From Sedimentisphaerales bacterium (GTDB lineage Bacteria > Planctomycetota > Phycisphaerae > Sedimentisphaerales > SM23-30): 64,000 bases of DNA. Where the stretch lies: assembly GCA_963666285.1 (NCBI GenBank), contig OY762711.1. One strand, given 5' to 3'. Positions 41,090 through 50,556 of the stretch are shown piece by piece (position 1 is the first letter of the stretch; every line of letters starts with the position of its first letter). The notes under the pieces were generated by a model, which did no database searches, was not told where the DNA came from, and worked only from the letters and a program-made list of their open reading frames with translations. The translations under genes were made by a program, and so were the position numbers.

Positions 41090-41285
41090 CTTCCTGCAAT
41101 ATCAAAAAAATGACAGGGCGGTACCGGTTGTATTAGATAACTAAAGGCCACTCTCTTCTTCGCTCAATAACAAAGCTCTCTAAGGAGCGACAGTTTGCAG
41201 CAACGGGCGTGAGCCGTGGAAAAATTTCAATTACAGCAGCAAATCCCTTTAGAGCTGCAGAACTTTTCTCTATTGAATTATCCAA

Positions 41286-41427
41286 CTTTGCGGTCTTTGC
41301 GAGATCAAAAATACAAAACACATTCATCTTGCAAACCAACTTTCTTAATTTTTAATTTCCCTCCTTGCTTTTCTCTTCTAACTCTTCTGCGTCCGTGGTT
41401 CAATCTTTACTCCCGCACCAGATTTAA
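41286..41427. repeat. ~150 bp direct repeat, copy 1
   Basis: Closely matches 44018-44173. Confidence 0.85.
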
Positions 41428-41540
41428 ATATACGTCCTATTGTTGAGCATAGCGAAATCCCAATTAATCGGGAATCATCAAGGCAAAATTTACCTCTCAC
41501 TTCTCTTATTTTTACTCTTTTTATTTTACACTTTACACTT

Positions 41541-41565
41541 TCAAACTGCCCATCGGGCAGTTTGA
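41541..41565. terminator. Perfect hairpin right after the stop of the minus-strand gene
   Basis: TCAAACTGCCC-ATC-GGGCAGTTTGA. Confidence 0.55.
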
Positions 41566-41566
41566 G

Positions 41567-43444
41567 TTAATATGGTATCAGTTTGCCGCCGCCGGATAGA
41601 GCTATAGTCTTTCCTTCCAGCCATTTATTGGTTTCAGCTTCCTTTTTATAATATATATCATGGCCGTTATCGTGGATATTTGATAAAGTAATATCATCAT
41701 TCATAAGGCCTGTCAGGTACGACTTGCCTGTTACTTCCCAGCTGCTGCTTTCGTCCATCTCCAGTAATATTCTGTCAGCGCTGTCGTCGGTATTTATCTT
41801 ACCTTCCAGGATCGTACTCTTTCTCAGGATAGCTGTTACCCGGCTGTTCTTATCGCATTCTATATCTCCGGCCAGTTTTTCGTTCTCAGCCTTAAATACA
41901 ACTTTACCGCCGTTTGAGCCGCTTCGACCCCATCTGTCCGAACCTGCCTTGATCAAAATACCGGACGCCGCTTCCAGCTTTGCGCCTTGCTCTATCTCAA
42001 TATATGCCGATGTGTTCGTGATATAAAACATCGGGCCTTCGGCTGCTGTCATAGCTCCGCCTTCCATCTTCAAGACACTTGTTCCTACCCCGGCATCACC
42101 GGAAAAACTCTGGTATAGCATTGCGCCGCATTTCTTCAGGCAGCTCAATTTTGTATTTACCAGGTAAACACTGTTTTTACCCTCAATTACTATCGCCTCT
42201 GAAGCTGTCGCACCGCAATCTGCGTCCTTAACGGTGATCTTACCGGTCGAATATATCGCTGGCGAGCGTGTTCCGGATGTATAGGCACTGCCGCCGGTAA
42301 ACTCTATTGTTCCGCCGCCCCGGTCTGTCGAAATCGCAGCCGATGCTCCGTTTCCGGCCGTCTTGATATCTACATTCTTACATATCACAGTACCGGCTAT
42401 GGTCGCGTCCACTCCGTGTGCGCCTGATGCCTTACAATCGATCAATACATCAGACAGTTCTACTATCGAACCTTCACCAACTGCAAAGGCCCCGTTTGCA
42501 CCGGTACCGGTTGTTATAATGCTTCCTCCCGACATCTTTATCTTACTGCTTGATAGTGCCAATACCCCGGCATTAAGTCCGTAGAAACTGGAGTTTTCCA
42601 TATTGATTGTATTGCCAGATGTGTTTACTTTACAATCTTTCAATATGAGTGTTCCGCTGTCGGTTGTCTTTACCCCGGACATGCACGTTTTAGATGTATT
42701 GTAAACTTCATTTGTCTTTTCTGCTGTCCCTCCGATTTGTGTGTATTTTGCGGTTCCCTCTGTTGTTTTTATTTTCAGCTTTAGCGGTGCGCTGGCTATT
42801 ATATCTAATGTTGCTGTCACCGAAACCGTTGTCTCCGCATTCCTGTTACCCATGCCGCCGCCCGGTCCACCCGGTCCGCCACCCGGCATGCCCATACCAC
42901 CGCCCGGTCCACCCGGTCCGCCACCCGGCATATCCATTCCACCGCCTGGCCCGCCAAACATGCCTGGTCCGCCTTGCTGATTTCGGCGTCTTTGCCCTGT
43001 GCCGCTGTTACTCCTGGTAGTTGTCCCGCCAAAACCCGGCCCGCCTGGGCCGGGACCGTCAAAACCGGGACCGCCGCCCATGCCCGGACCGCCTTCACCT
43101 GGCATACCCATTCCTTCGCCCGGACCGCCTTCACCTGGTGGCATGCCGCCTCCGGGACCGCCCATGCCGAAGCTGCTCCCCTCGACGGGCGTTATCATGC
43201 CGGTATTAGATATTGTCACCAGCCTGTTATCTGAAACTGACCATTTTACCGATTCCGTAACTACCTTGGAGCTTCCATCGGCATAAGTTGCCGTTATGCT
43301 CATCTGCATACTCTCGCCCGCCAGCAGTGTCGTTGTTTTCGGCTTATCGATCCTTATCGATACCGGCTCAGCTGCCCAAACTGTTGTGCCGGGAACTATT
43401 ATCGATAAAGCTATACCGGTTAAATACTTGCAAATTATATTCAT
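41567..43444 (-). CDS. Secreted protein: Ig-like (Big_2) domain with Gly/Pro/Met-rich insert, then beta-helix domain
   Basis: AAGGA RBS before ATG 43444; signal peptide; ATYADGSSKVVT..VKWSVSD Ig motif; GGPGG repeats; beta-helical C-terminus (NSSFYGLNAGVLA, STDRGGG). Confidence 0.75.
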   Translation of the reverse strand: MNIICKYLTGIALSIIVPGTTVWAAEPVSIRIDKPKTTTLLAGESMQMSITATYADGSSKVVTESVKWSVSDNRLVTISNTGMITPVEGSSFGMGGPGGGMPPGEGGPGEGMGMPGEGGPGMGGGPGFDGPGPGGPGFGGTTTRSNSGTGQRRRNQQGGPGMFGGPGGGMDMPGGGPGGPGGGMGMPGGGPGGPGGGMGNRNAETTVSVTATLDIIASAPLKLKIKTTEGTAKYTQIGGTAEKTNEVYNTSKTCMSGVKTTDSGTLILKDCKVNTSGNTINMENSSFYGLNAGVLALSSSKIKMSGGSIITTGTGANGAFAVGEGSIVELSDVLIDCKASGAHGVDATIAGTVICKNVDIKTAGNGASAAISTDRGGGTIEFTGGSAYTSGTRSPAIYSTGKITVKDADCGATASEAIVIEGKNSVYLVNTKLSCLKKCGAMLYQSFSGDAGVGTSVLKMEGGAMTAAEGPMFYITNTSAYIEIEQGAKLEAASGILIKAGSDRWGRSGSNGGKVVFKAENEKLAGDIECDKNSRVTAILRKSTILEGKINTDDSADRILLEMDESSSWEVTGKSYLTGLMNDDITLSNIHDNGHDIYYKKEAETNKWLEGKTIALSGGGKLIPY

Positions 43445-43632
43445 TATATTCCTTTCACATCTCGCCATGTAAAAAGTAAAGGTAAGAACGCAATGCCTCA
43501 ACTGTGGTTAAATAAAGTTTCTCCTCTTTCGCCGTTCCCCATAGATAATAACGTCATTTATTCCGTAACCATTCGCTCAATATGATTTTCTATGAAAAAT
43601 GAGGCATTAAATTATCAGGCCTTGCCCGGAAG

Positions 43633-43700
43633 GTAGGGTGGGTTAATTTTGTCAACCTGCCCTGAGCTTGTCGATGGGCGTTGACAAAGAACCCATGCGG
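43633..43700. repeat. GTAG-type REP-like nested hairpin
   Basis: GTAGGGTGGGTT...TTTGTCAAC-CTGCCCTGAGCTTGTCGATGGGC-GTTGACAAA...AACCCA. Confidence 0.6.
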
Positions 43701-43874
43701 TTCTTCTGTTATTTTTCACAAACGAAGCAAGCCAACCTGTAATTATTTGTACTTACCCGTAGCCGTGTTTTTTATTGTCAATTATTTTCTTAATTCTTAA
43801 TTGATCAGACAAAAAACTTTACAATATATTTAGACTCAACAATTTCCTACCAAACCAACATTGTTAAGGATATA

Positions 43875-43898
43875 GTAGGTCAGGCATCCCTGCCTGAC
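43875..43898. repeat. GTAG-type REP-like hairpin
   Basis: GTAG followed by GTCAGGCA-TCCC-TGCCTGAC perfect stem. Confidence 0.65.
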
Positions 43899-44017
43899 AA
43901 TAAACCAGTCATCGCGCAAGTGATACCTCCTTTACAATTTTTATTTTACCCTTTACTCTTTGATACCATCCTTCATTAACTTCACTTCCTTCATGGTCAA
44001 ATAATATTCTTTGCAAG

Positions 44018-44173
44018 CTTTGCGTCCTCTGCGAGATCAATAATACAAAACACATTCATCTTGCAAACCAACTTTCTTAATTCTTAATTTTTAATTTCCC
44101 TCCTCCCTCCTTGCTTCTCTCTTCTAACTCTTCTGATTCGTGGTTCAATCTTTGCTCTCGCACCAGCTTTAAA
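44018..44173. repeat. ~150 bp direct repeat, copy 2
   Basis: Matches 41286-41427 with two extra 7-nt units. Confidence 0.85.
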
Positions 44174-44199
44174 ACAAGTCGTCCGCAAATGCGGATTAT

Positions 44200-44223
44200 T
44201 CCTGATGTCAACGTACATCAGGA
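44200..44223. repeat. REP-like palindrome, copy 2
   Basis: Identical 24-mer followed by CACC and TTTTCAT-type heptamers. Confidence 0.85.
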
Positions 44224-44445
44224 CACCTTAATTTTTCATTTTTCACTATTCATTTTTCATTTAACAACGCTTGCCATTAGGCTCATTATAATGTTGAAAC
44301 ATTACAGGCAATCTGTTATATTAGAGCACTTATATCTTATTACTGTAACCGTGTGAACGGTTACTAATTTGTTTGTTGTTGGTCGCCGCCACTGATTACC
44401 GGCTTACTGGCAGCTGGATGCCGATTACTGTTTAGAGGTCTTGTT

Positions 44446-45648
44446 ATGGAAGTATACATTAGTATTATCGTATTTGCCGCATTGGGATTGGTATTTTTTC
44501 TGTTTAGAAATTCACGTATCCCGATTTATAGAAAAACCATCAATGTCCCTTCAGACCGGGTAAAAGATATTATCTGTAGTATTCTCAGTTCCAAAACAGA
44601 TTTTAAGATCAGGTGCCTTTCCAAAAAGGGTGACTGGAAAGATGTTCATTCCTTAAATAGAATCCATGTTAATAATAATGCTAATATCGAAATTGCATCC
44701 TTAACCAAAACGGAAAAAGGTGGTTTGCAAACCGATTACCTGCTGACCCTCGATATGGAAGCTAAAAAATGTTCCGTCTGTGTAACTTTATTTGAATTAG
44801 CTTCTCTATTAAGCCCATCCATTTTAATTGTAATTGGAACAATATTTGCAGTGCATGAATTCAGTTCGGTAGCAGATGGTCCTGATTATTTCGGGAGATT
44901 CTTTGTTTTAATATTTCCTATTGTTGGTTTTGTTCTATTATTCTTTTCTTTACGCAAGATTGTCCGGTTTGCCAAAGTCACTAACGCACTCGGCATAGCC
45001 GAACATCCCTCCATTCCTTCATCTGCCCGGCATGTTAATCATCACCAGCCGCGGGATGACTTTGATGAAGATTCGCTGCCCGACGAAGTTGTATCGCAGG
45101 ATCAGGACTCTTTCGTTTATGACGGCAGGGGGGCGAACTATTTCGTGTTATATATAGTTGCTGTTGTATGGAACGCAGCTGTTTGGGGTTACTTGTTCTC
45201 CCAAAGAGCAAAACTCTCCGGGTTCTTCTCCGATTTCGTCCCTCAAAAGATCATCGCCGTTCTATTGGCATCTGCCTTTATCCTGCTGGGCCTGTTTATC
45301 CTCTATCATGCGGCAAAGAATTTTCTTTTCGGAAAATTCACCGTCAGGGTTACACCTTCCGGCACACTCATCAAGGAGTACTTCTTAACAAACATGACTA
45401 TAGACTGTTCTATGATCGGGTCGGTCAAATGCATGGATTATAAAAAGAAAAATAACGGCTTCGGTCAAAAATGGCAAATATGCGATATCGAAAAAATGTC
45501 TGACCATGAAATCGACAATTGCGATTTCCGATCCGCCGTTATTCTTACCACTACCTCCGATCAGCAGATAGTGTTCTACCGTACCGACCGCGGGCTCGGC
45601 GCTGTCGACGAATTGGCCGAATGGATCAAAACCAGGATTTGTGCCTGA
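44446..45648 (+). CDS. Membrane protein, unknown function
   Basis: 400 aa, about 5 TM helices, GAGG RBS. Confidence 0.7.
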   Translation: MEVYISIIVFAALGLVFFLFRNSRIPIYRKTINVPSDRVKDIICSILSSKTDFKIRCLSKKGDWKDVHSLNRIHVNNNANIEIASLTKTEKGGLQTDYLLTLDMEAKKCSVCVTLFELASLLSPSILIVIGTIFAVHEFSSVADGPDYFGRFFVLIFPIVGFVLLFFSLRKIVRFAKVTNALGIAEHPSIPSSARHVNHHQPRDDFDEDSLPDEVVSQDQDSFVYDGRGANYFVLYIVAVVWNAAVWGYLFSQRAKLSGFFSDFVPQKIIAVLLASAFILLGLFILYHAAKNFLFGKFTVRVTPSGTLIKEYFLTNMTIDCSMIGSVKCMDYKKKNNGFGQKWQICDIEKMSDHEIDNCDFRSAVILTTTSDQQIVFYRTDRGLGAVDELAEWIKTRICA

Positions 45649-45872
45649 CCTTATATATTATTGGTGTAAACCTGTCCGCCTCAGGCGGATTTGTGTTTCG
45701 TGGTTTAGCTCTTCGGCATCTCAACCGTTACCCATGTCCTGAACGAACCACGTTTTCCTTCTCCCTCCTCGCTTCTCTCTTCTTACTCTTCTCACCCTTC
45801 AGGTGCCGCAATTTTGATTGAACTTTACCTACGCGTCAGCTTAAAATAAAGTTGTGAGCGAGAGCGAATTAT

Positions 45873-45896
45873 TCCTGATGTCAACGTACATCAGGA
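45873..45896. repeat. REP-like palindrome, copy 3
   Basis: Identical 24-mer followed by CACC and TTTACAC-type heptamers. Confidence 0.85.
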
Positions 45897-46556
45897 CACC
45901 TCCTTTACACTTTTTATTTTACACTTTACTCTTTGATGCCGCTTCGCGGCATCTGGTCTGCCCAACCTCCAAAAACAGGCCGACACCCTCAAGGTAAATT
46001 CCCGCCGTACCACCTCCGTGGCCCGCCACACACCCTCCGCTGGTCTGTTACGCTTATGCCGCGTGGTCGTGGTTACTATTGCGTGATACCACAAGAGCTC
46101 TTCTCACCGCCGCGTCAATCCGCAGGCCCTTCGTAATCCGCCGTGGCTCTTCGCCCGGTCTTCATTAACCGCTGTCCGCCGCCGTTACTGAGAAGGGCTC
46201 TTCTTCCCGCCGCGCATCCGCCGCAAAGGTCCCTTAACCCGCCTTAGCCCACCACGCGGTCTCCGTTAAACGCCGTCGGCCGCCAGCTTGCCATTTCCAG
46301 CTAAGATCTCATGCCAGCTGAACCGGACCGCATTACATTAGTAAAGGTAGGCCCTGGCCTATATCACAGCCATTTCATTGTACCATCCTGTCACGACAAT
46401 GGCCCGCCCAACCCGTTTCTGCCATTTTCCCGATATATTTAAACGAAAAAAAAGACACACTTTCTTAGCATGTCTTTCTTTATATCTGGGTCCGTATTTT
46501 ACGGTCTTGAGGGCTTTATTAATTCATATTCAATTTTGTTAAGATATTGCCAAAGC

Positions 46557-47360
46557 TTATTTTATATCAAATATACTGTCAGGCATTACCATATCAATCT
46601 CAATCACATCTACGTGAGAGATTACTTTTCCGTCACGAATTCTATCAATCTGATATATCATCGGCTGATCTTTGTCGACGATATACTCAAAAATATCGCC
46701 TAGCATTGGGTTTTTCGCCTGAACCTTCATACAGGCTTCTCCCTTAAACATAACCTCTTCTGAGCTGATAACTTTACTTGTACCAAGCAGTTTCTGAGTC
46801 GGTGAAAATTCAAACGGGAATACCTCTCCAAGCTCACCCAGAAGCATCATTTCTGGGCCATATGTTTCCAACGCCGGCTTGTACGAGATTGATCCATCTT
46901 TTTTCTTTATACTGTAACTTGCGGTACTGTTTGCAATTACAGTTCCGTCTGAAAATTCCATACGGTAATTGTTAGGCTTTTGCCACCACATCTCTACTGA
47001 GCTTCCCATAGTGCTCATCTTAAAATGCACATTCTCAAAATCAGTAATCTTACTTAATATATTGTCCGCAACAACGTTGGAATTACCGGCCTGATTATTA
47101 CCTATATTAAACATCGCCATGCTAAAGACGATTAGTAAAATCGCTGCAACTGCTGCTGTCTTAGATAGATATCGACCCAGTTGTAAAATTCCGCTACGGC
47201 TGCGAGCATAATTTGCAACAGACCTATCGGCCATTTGAACGCTCTCGAGCTGGGTTAGAAGTTTTGACCGGAGGAAGTCATGTCCCTGCTCGAATTTGTC
47301 ATAATGACCGGACAGGTCTTCAAAAAAGGAGGACAATGAATTGTTATTGTTGTTATTCAT
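46557..47360 (-). CDS. Putative anti-sigma factor (single TM, LolA-like periplasmic domain)
   Basis: Overlaps the ECF sigma stop; AAVAAILLIV TM helix; WWQKPNNYRMEF...MPDSIFD LolA-like pattern. Confidence 0.7.
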   Translation of the reverse strand: MNNNNNNSLSSFFEDLSGHYDKFEQGHDFLRSKLLTQLESVQMADRSVANYARSRSGILQLGRYLSKTAAVAAILLIVFSMAMFNIGNNQAGNSNVVADNILSKITDFENVHFKMSTMGSSVEMWWQKPNNYRMEFSDGTVIANSTASYSIKKKDGSISYKPALETYGPEMMLLGELGEVFPFEFSPTQKLLGTSKVISSEEVMFKGEACMKVQAKNPMLGDIFEYIVDKDQPMIYQIDRIRDGKVISHVDVIEIDMVMPDSIFDIK

Positions 47361-47886
47361 TATTGTTGGTTAAGTGTTTCTCTAAGCTCTTACGGGCCTT
47401 TTCCAAAAGCCTGAACAATGCACTTCTGGAAACATTTAATATACGGCATGCATCTTTTGCTTTCTGGTCCTGCATATAATAAACGTGCAGGGCGAGCCGC
47501 TCTTTTTCAGGCAGTTTCTGTAATGCCTGGTTAATCTCTTCGCTTATAAGGTTCTGATCTTGCTGATCTTCCGATTCCTGCTCCGGCATTTCATCTCCGA
47601 CATAAACATGTTTATCCCGAAATTTGCCTCGGCGGTATTCGCGAGCGATATTCTTTGCTATTGTAGTGAGCCAGGGCCCAAATTTATCTCGTTCTTCCAG
47701 TCTTTCCAGCAGGTTATAAGCCCGCAAAAAAACTTCCTGAGCCAGGTCCTGAGCTGAAGTCAGATCTTGCGTTGTGTCGTAACACATTGCCCTGATTAGT
47801 TTTGCATATCTGTCGTAAAGTTGACCGTAGGCTTCTTTATCGCCAGATAGCGTCGCTTCGACTAACTGTTGGTCTGTTAAACTCAC
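47353..47886 (-). CDS. ECF-family RNA polymerase sigma factor
   Basis: DQQLV...GDKEAYGQLYDRY, AQDLAQEVFLRAY, FGPWLTTIAKN, region 4 LQKLPEKER. Confidence 0.92.
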   Translation of the reverse strand: MSLTDQQLVEATLSGDKEAYGQLYDRYAKLIRAMCYDTTQDLTSAQDLAQEVFLRAYNLLERLEERDKFGPWLTTIAKNIAREYRRGKFRDKHVYVGDEMPEQESEDQQDQNLISEEINQALQKLPEKERLALHVYYMQDQKAKDACRILNVSRSALFRLLEKARKSLEKHLTNNNE

Positions 47887-48274
47887 TCGACGGCCTCCTG
47901 CTCGTTAGAGCCGAAACCATCGGCAAACAGACAAACATGCCCTTCAGCCAATATAATAGTGGCCGAATACTCTCGACCAGTCCCAAATTTTTTTGCTATT
48001 TCAGACATTATTCTCCGGATTATACGGCATACCAGCATGTTGTGTTCTTGCTAATATTAGATAAAGTATTATATATAATATGCTTATATATTATACGATA
48101 CCTTTGACTCTTCCGCTTTGGCTGCCGTATTTCCTTCTGGCAAATATACATAAGCTTTGTATTAGCGCAAACAGGTTTTCTATGCCTAACTTAAGTTATA
48201 TCGACATGTTAGGGTGAAAGGATTACCAACAATGAGGAGATTTGGAAAATTTATTGGACTTGTCTGAACTTCAT

Positions 48275-49396
48275 TCAGCTCGAATAAACGATATTGCCGG
48301 TCATGACAATGTCGTTCTCAATTATCTCATTTTTGACATTTTCCAGCTGGAAACTCTCAGAAAAGCTGATCGGAATTGCACCGGGACCATCACCAACTAC
48401 GATTGGGGCTGTATAAACCGCTACTCTATCTGCCAGTCGATTTACCAGCAGTTCATTCAGCAGGGTAGGTCCACCTTCAACCATCAAATTGCATACTCCC
48501 AGCTCGGCAACCTTTTCCATAACTGCTTTCAGGTCAAGGCGATTTTCTCCCGTACCGCCGACCGGTATCAGCTCACATCCCGCGTCACGAAGCTCATCTA
48601 CATGTACAAAACGGTCACGGATTGCTTTTTCTGTGGTGAAAATATAACACGGACCCGCAGCGGGGCTCTGAAACAGCTGGCGGTCAAGCGGCAAGCTCAA
48701 AGTTGAATCCAGGACAAAACGCCTGAGAATGGTGTTTTCAACTCCAAAAATACGTACATTCAGAATTGGATTATCATTCAGCACTGTTCTGCTGCCTACC
48801 ATTATGCCGTCGCAGAAATCTCGAAGCTCATGTACATGATGCCTTGCCAGGTCGCCGGTGAACCAGCGTCGAGGGTCGCCATCCTGAAAAGTCAGTTTGC
48901 CGTCAATACTCTGGGCCCATTTCAGGATAATAAAAGGTTTTTTCTCCCGGATCAGCTTAAAGAAGCCGACGTTCAGCTCGCGAGCCTCGGCCCCGCAAAG
49001 GCCAACGTCAACGGTAATACCATTTCGGCGGAGAACCTCAACGCCATTACCGGATACCTGCTCAAAATCATCTATCGTTGCAACTTCTACTTTGGTAATA
49101 CCAGCCGCCATGATCGCATCAGTACACGGTGGCGTTTTGCCGTGATGACAGCAAGGCTCAAGGGTAACATACATGGTAGCACCAGCCGGCTCATTGCCAA
49201 GACGCCTGCAGCATTCAATAGCGTCAACTTCCGCATGATTTTCGCCAAAAGCATGATGATATCCTTCGCCGATTACCTCGCCATCTTTCACAAGTACTGC
49301 TCCTACCATAGGGTTAGGAGCCACTCGGCCGGCTCCTTTGCGTGCCAGCTCTAATGCCCGATTCATATATTGTGTTCTTGCTGTATCGGTTTCCAT
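48275..49396 (-). CDS. ribD: Bifunctional riboflavin biosynthesis deaminase/reductase
   Basis: PNPMVGAV, HAEVDA, TLEPCCHHGKTPPC, KWAQSIDGK, VEGG. Confidence 0.95.
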   Translation of the reverse strand: METDTARTQYMNRALELARKGAGRVAPNPMVGAVLVKDGEVIGEGYHHAFGENHAEVDAIECCRRLGNEPAGATMYVTLEPCCHHGKTPPCTDAIMAAGITKVEVATIDDFEQVSGNGVEVLRRNGITVDVGLCGAEARELNVGFFKLIREKKPFIILKWAQSIDGKLTFQDGDPRRWFTGDLARHHVHELRDFCDGIMVGSRTVLNDNPILNVRIFGVENTILRRFVLDSTLSLPLDRQLFQSPAAGPCYIFTTEKAIRDRFVHVDELRDAGCELIPVGGTGENRLDLKAVMEKVAELGVCNLMVEGGPTLLNELLVNRLADRVAVYTAPIVVGDGPGAIPISFSESFQLENVKNEIIENDIVMTGNIVYSS

Positions 49397-49558
49397 ATGG
49401 AGTTGCCTTTCTTTCGATAATACTATATACCAGTTCGCAACTTCCTGGCAAAGAAAAAGTAGCTGAAGAATTGAGCAGCTCCAGTTTCAGGTAGTTAGTT
49501 TTTGTACTTATTCTCGTATGTTTGCCTGTTGCAATTATCGCCCCAAAGAGGGTTTATC

Positions 49559-49587
49559 TTGACATTTTTGCGGCTATTCAGTATAAA
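49559..49587 (+). promoter_or_regulatory. Candidate sigma70 promoter
   Basis: TTGACA-N17-TATAAA. Confidence 0.55.
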
Positions 49588-49751
49588 TTATAATTAAGGT
49601 TGCTGTATTTAATCTGTGTGATATGTAAGTTGGTTACTAAATGGGATTTATGATTTGTCCTTAATTCTGGTTTCTTTTATACAGCATAATTTCTGTGTCG
49701 CAATAATATTGTCTGTTTATGTGTTTATAATATAACAATTTGGGAGCAGCA

Positions 49752-50501
49752 ATGAATTCGGAAATATTAAGATTACTTCAGACTCAGCTTAATAACGGCG
49801 AAATAACAAAAGAAGTTTATGATGAAAGAGTGAAGTTATTAAGTTATGATTTTTCTAATCCGTCATCAAATAACAAGCTCTCGGCACCTGACCCCGGTAT
49901 TCGCCATGATTCCGGGCAATATACCAGTCCTGCCGGAAACAAAAAAACTGTTAACATGATGATTGTTATGCTTATTCTTGCCCAGGTCTTATTGGTTGGT
50001 GGCGGAGTTTTGGGAGTGGTTATTTACAGTGCGAGTAGTAAGGATGGAAAGTCTTATCAAAGCCAGACTTCAACATACAGAGACTCCAACACTACCAAAT
50101 CCTCATCTAGTAATACTATTAGTACTCAACAGCGACAGCCAAATGCAAGTACTACTCACACAAGTACTTCCAAACGTAGTGCTGTCAGTAATGTCGGGCG
50201 TGCTCTTGGTGATGATTCTCTGGTGGAACTGGTAGAAACTAGTGCTGAAGTAGTTGATACTATTAATCAGATCGATGAAGATTACAAAGTTACAGATTCT
50301 TTGAACGAAATTGGGCGGATCAGCCAGGAGAAATACAAAGAGCTGGACCAGAAATACGATATTAAAGGTAAAGCGGAAACTGCGGAGAAAAAAATACGCG
50401 ATACCGCCAAAAAATATAAGGTTAAAGAAAAGGCAGAGGCCGCTGAAAAGAAACTGCGAGAGGCTTCCAATAAATTTAATAAGTGGCTTAAATCAAAATG
50501 A
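49752..50501 (+). CDS. Single-TM protein with SHOCT-like N-terminus and amphipathic helical repeats
   Basis: GGAG RBS before ATG 49752; NGEITKEVYDERVKLL; Ser/Thr linker; KYxxKxKAExAEKK repeats. Confidence 0.65.
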   Translation: MNSEILRLLQTQLNNGEITKEVYDERVKLLSYDFSNPSSNNKLSAPDPGIRHDSGQYTSPAGNKKTVNMMIVMLILAQVLLVGGGVLGVVIYSASSKDGKSYQSQTSTYRDSNTTKSSSSNTISTQQRQPNASTTHTSTSKRSAVSNVGRALGDDSLVELVETSAEVVDTINQIDEDYKVTDSLNEIGRISQEKYKELDQKYDIKGKAETAEKKIRDTAKKYKVKEKAEAAEKKLREASNKFNKWLKSK

Positions 50502-50556
50502 GTTATGAGAATAGCTTCTGGGAGATCTTCCATTTTGTTTGATGTTTTCTTCTGAC

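Noticed and set aside
42694..43286. Pro-rich ORFs on the + strand
   Set aside because: Antisense shadows of the Gly-rich tract
39717..45896. 24-bp palindromes as CRISPR repeats or integron attC sites
   Set aside because: Kilobase, irregular spacing; no integrase; no RYYYAAC/GTTRRRY ends
45891..46136. Two 67 aa ORFs in the GC-rich tract
   Set aside because: No RBS, built over repeats, no protein-like features
49397..49560. FMN riboswitch upstream of ribD
   Set aside because: No RFN consensus (AGGGCGGGG...AAUUCCCGACCG) visible on the minus strand
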